From assembly GCA_965240325.2 (NCBI GenBank), contig OZ251236.1, positions 1,488,001 to 1,552,000 on the forward strand: a stretch of 64,000 bases of DNA. The letters run 5' to 3'. Positions 60,267 to 64,000 of the stretch are shown here, piece by piece (the stretch's first letter is position 1; each line of letters begins with the position of its first letter). Under the pieces are notes generated by a model. That model did no database searches and was not told the DNA's origin. It saw only the letters and a program-made list of their open reading frames with translations. The translations under genes and the position numbers were made by a program. The DNA comes from Rebecca billardiae RCC1528. Lineage: Eukaryota > Protista > Haptophyta.

Positions 60267-62387
60267 ATGCAAGCTGTGCGCGAGATCCTCGAGGGCGAGG
60301 AGGGCACCGACGTCGGCGCGCGCCTCGCCAGCCTGTTCGAGCCCTGCCAGCCGAGCCCGCCCGGCGGCGCCGCGCGCCCCGCCGCCGAGTGGCTGCGCGA
60401 GCAGCTCGAGGCGCTCGGCTGCGGCGTGTGCACGCACGTCTTCAGCCGCGGCGACATGGCGTGGAACTGCCGCACGTGCCAGGTGGGATGCGCTGGGCGG
60501 GCGGGTGGCGAGGCGCTGCGCCTGGCCGGCATTTGCCGTGCCCCTCGCCCTCGCGCGCGCGCACTCTTCCCACCGCGCGCCTGCACGCCCGCCGCGCCGC
60601 CGCGCCGCCGCGCGCGCGCGCGCAGGTGGACGACACGTGCGTGATCTGCAACGCGTGCTTCATGGCGTCGGAGCACGAGGGGCACGACGTGTTCTTCTAC
60701 TACGCCGCGCCTGACGGCTGCTGCGACTGCGGCGACCCGGACGCGTGGCGTCCCGACGGCTTCTGCACCCGGCACCGGCGCGCACACGGCCAGGGCGGGA
60801 GCGCGCAGCTGCTCGCGCGCATTCCGCCGCCGCTGCGCGCGCCGCTGTCCGCCGTGGTGGACGGCGTGGTGGCCAGCCTCGTGGACTTCGCCGAGGAGAC
60901 GCTGGCCGCGCGCGTGCAGCCCGGCGCCGCCGCCGCCGCGTCGCCGCCGGCCGGCGCGCAGCAGCGGTCGGCGCCGCGCGCGCCGCGCGCGCCGCACGAG
61001 CCGTGCTCGCTGCTGGCGTACGTGGACGAGCTGTTCTCGGCGGAGGACGTGCTCGCGCTGCTCCCGCCGCTGCGCGCCGCGGCCGGCCGCTCGCCCAGCC
61101 CGCCGGCTGTCGAGTGGGCGGAGGCGACGGCGCTCGGCTCGGCCGGCGCGCTCGCGCGCGCCTCGGGCATGGGCGCGGCCGTCGCGCGCCGCGGGTGCGC
61201 GCTGGTCGCGAGCGCGGAGCGCGCGTCGCTGTGCGCGCTGTGCGCGTCGCTGCCGTTGCAGCCGCCGCGCGCGCCGGCCGGCGCCGCGCTCCCCGCCGCG
61301 TGGCCCCGCCTCGCCATCCTGCCCGCCGCCTTCGCCCGCCTCGAGCCGCGGCTGTGCGCGGCGCTGGATTGGGCGCGCGGCACGGTCGCCCTCTCCGACC
61401 CGACGATCCGGCTGCTGGCGGTGGCGCTGGAGCCCGCGTGCGCGGAGGCGGGGGGCGGGGCGGAGGGCGCGCCGCCGCGCCCCGCCTCGCCCCCGCCCGC
61501 CGAGTCGTCGGCGCTGTGCGCGCTGCTGCGTGCAGACCCGACGCTGCCGCCCGCGCTCGCGTGCGCGCTGCATGCGCTTTACCTCCGACTGCTCGTGGAT
61601 GCGCGGTTCAAGGCGCGGTTCGCGCGCGCGTTCGCGCGGGAGTACGCGGCGCTCGCGGACGAGGTCTTCGCCGGCCGCGCGCGGCGCGACTCCTCGCTGC
61701 TCACGCTGAGCGTGCAGTTCCTCAACCGCGAGGCGCTGGTGGTGCCTCTGGTCGAGCGGGACGGGCTGCTGGCGCGGCTGCTGGGCGCGCTCGAGGCGCT
61801 GCTGAAGGGGGCGATGCCGCAGCGCCCGGCGCTCGCGCACGGCGGCGGCGGCGGCGTGCACCACGTCATCGCGCACCGCCGGTACATGCCCTTCGTCACC
61901 GACCTGCGCTACGCGCTGCTCGCGCCGCGCGTGTGTGAGAGACTGGCGGGCGACGCCGGGCTGCGCGCGCGGCTGGTCGCACTGCTGGGGGCGGCGCAGG
62001 GGCTGGACCCGCAGGCGCGGCAGCGGGGCGTGCACGTGGACTTTGAGCACGCGGTCTGGGAGCACGCCTTCCACGTCACCCTCTCCCTCGCCTCGCTCTT
62101 CGAGCCGCTCGCGCGCGGCCTCGTGGGGCGGCCGCGCGCGGCGCGCGCGCTGGTCGCAGACGCGATGGCTGCGGAGGGGGCGGTGCGCGCGCGCGTGGCG
62201 CAGTGGCCGCTGTGGACGGACGTGGGCGGGTACGGCGAGCTCACGTTCCACCTGCCGCTGCAGCGCCTCGTCGCGAGCCTCGTGCGCGCCGCGTGCGCGC
62301 ACGCAGACGGCGCGCAGGCCGACGAGCTCGTGCGCGCCGTCTGCGACGCGCTCGCGACGCCGCGCGCGCCCGACGCCGCGGCGGCGG

Positions 62388-62425
<38 letters not shown>

Positions 62426-62846
62426 GGCTCGAGCGGCCGCGCGGCCGCGCTCGCGTTCGCCGTGCAGCCCGTCGCGCGGCTCCTCGCCGCGTGCGCGCAG
62501 ATCAGCTGCGGCCTCTGGCGGCGCAACGGCCGGTGCGTGCTCGAGCAGCTCGCCGCGTACTCGGAGCGGCCGTGGGTGGCGGTGCAGCGAGACTTGGACG
62601 TGCTGTGTGTACAGGCGGGCGCACTGGCGCTGCTGCAGGGAGCGCAGGGGCGGAGGGAGGAGGAGGAGGCGGCGGTGGGCGGCTTCCTGGACGAGCTGTG
62701 CCACGCGTTCGGCCTCGCCGACTGGCTCGGCGCGCACAGCACCGCCCTCGGCGCGGCCGGCAGCGGCGGCGCTCGGCCTGAGCCGGCGGCGGGCGGCGGC
62801 GGCGGCCGCGGCGGCGGCGGCCGCGGCCGCGGCGGCCGCGGCGGCC

Positions 62847-62880
<34 letters not shown>

Positions 62881-64000
62881 GCTCCTGGACGCCCCGAGCC
62901 TGGAGATGGCGGAGCGGCTGCTCGCGCTGCTCGCGCAGCTGTTCACGCAGCTCCCGCCGCCGCGCTCGCCCTCCGCGCCCCGCCTCGACGCCGCCTGCCG
63001 CGAGGTCGTCCATCTGCTCGCAGACCGGCCGCGCTCCTTCTCAGAGGTGGCGGACAGGGTGGGCGCGGCCGGCCCGAGCGGCGCGGGCGCGTCCGCGTGC
63101 GCCGAGCTGCCGTCCGACGAGCTCGAGGCGGTGCTCGACCGCGTGGCCACGCGGCGCGCGGTGCTGCTGCGCGGCGTGCGCGACCACGACGTCTTTGAGC
63201 TGCGCCCGCTCGCGTGGGCGTTGTACAACCCTGCGCACGCGCACCTGAGCCGGCAGCGGCACGAGTCGGCGCACGCGAGGCTGCGCGCGGCGCGCGGCGC
63301 GCTGCGCGCCGCCGCGGCCGCGGGCAGTGCGGAGGTGGTGGCGGCGGTGCGCGCCGCCGCGCAGGCCGGGGCGGAGCGCGCGCCGACCTCGCCGCCGCGC
63401 GGCTGCGCGCCGCCGGTGGCCAGCCTGCCCGCCGCGCACCCCGCGCTCGAGCGAGTGCGCCTGGCCTACCTCTGCTCGAGCGCGCTCGCGGATCTGACGC
63501 TGGCGGCGTTGCGCGCGGCGCTCGGCGGCGGCGGGACGGGCGCGCGCCCGGCGCCGGGCGCGCCGCCGCGCGGGGGCGCGGCCGCGGCTGGCGCGGCCGG
63601 CGCCGGCGGCGCTGCGCTGGGGCCGCCGAGCCCGCCGCCGCCCGCCGCCGACTCCGCCGCCGACTCCGCCGCCGCTCCGCCGCCGGCCGTGGCGCACGAC
63701 CGGCTGCTGAGCTGCGCGCTGCAGCTGCTGGGCCTGGGCGTGCACGTGGACGCGCGCGCGCTGCGGGCCACGCTCGACGCGCAGCGGCGCCGCGCCGAGG
63801 CGTGCGCGCGCTCAGCGGGCGGGCACGCCGCGCCGTGCATGCGCGAGCTGCTGCGCGCCGTCAGCACCCTCGACATGCACGACGCTGACGCCGCCGACGC
63901 CGCCGACGACGTCGCCGCCGCCGACGCCGATGCGGACTCGGCCGACGGCGCGTGGCTCTGGGCACGCGCGGCGGAGCTGCTGCCGACGCTGTCGCACGCG
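60267..64000 (+). CDS. UBR-box N-recognin E3 ubiquitin ligase (UBR1/PRT6-like), truncated by the window edge
   Basis: CTHVFSRGDMAWNCRTCQ|VDDTCVICNACF..SEHEGHD...GCCDCGDPDAW...FCTRH (intron 60483-60625). Later LSVQF, FHLPL and GLWRRNG motifs. Confidence 0.9.

Overview
This is very GC-rich eukaryotic nuclear DNA with spliceosomal introns and secondary-plastid-type targeting peptides. It is most consistent with a haptophyte alga such as a Pavlovales species (inference, not verified). About 16 protein genes are supportable: a Pro-rich type I membrane protein, DapB, an LRR protein, a CaMKK-kinase/PP2C fusion, two inverted R2R3-MYB paralogues, phytoene desaturase, a secreted transglutaminase-like protein, NDOR1, a large CH-like-domain protein, a GST, a DnaJ/zf-PARP/BRCT protein, a phytyl-ester-synthase-like acyltransferase, an F-box/LRR protein, BCAT, a small plastid protein and a UBR-box E3 ligase that runs off the window. 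Most other ORFs in the track are shadow frames. The region 14.3-23.0 kb is a nest of non-autonomous mobile elements, with another member at 33.0-33.6 kb. The strongest unexplained signal is two element families with different sequences but the same end architecture: a terminal hairpin, a short subterminal inverted repeat, and its partner at the opposite extreme end. They form head-to-tail tandems, sit in microsatellites and carry unrelated interiors, which suggests Helentron/Helitron2-like rolling-circle elements. One copy is interrupted by an LTR element with apparently identical LTRs. Introns mostly start GTGCGC, end GCGCAG and have self-complementary (GC)n ends. Coordinates were counted by eye and may be off by a few bases.
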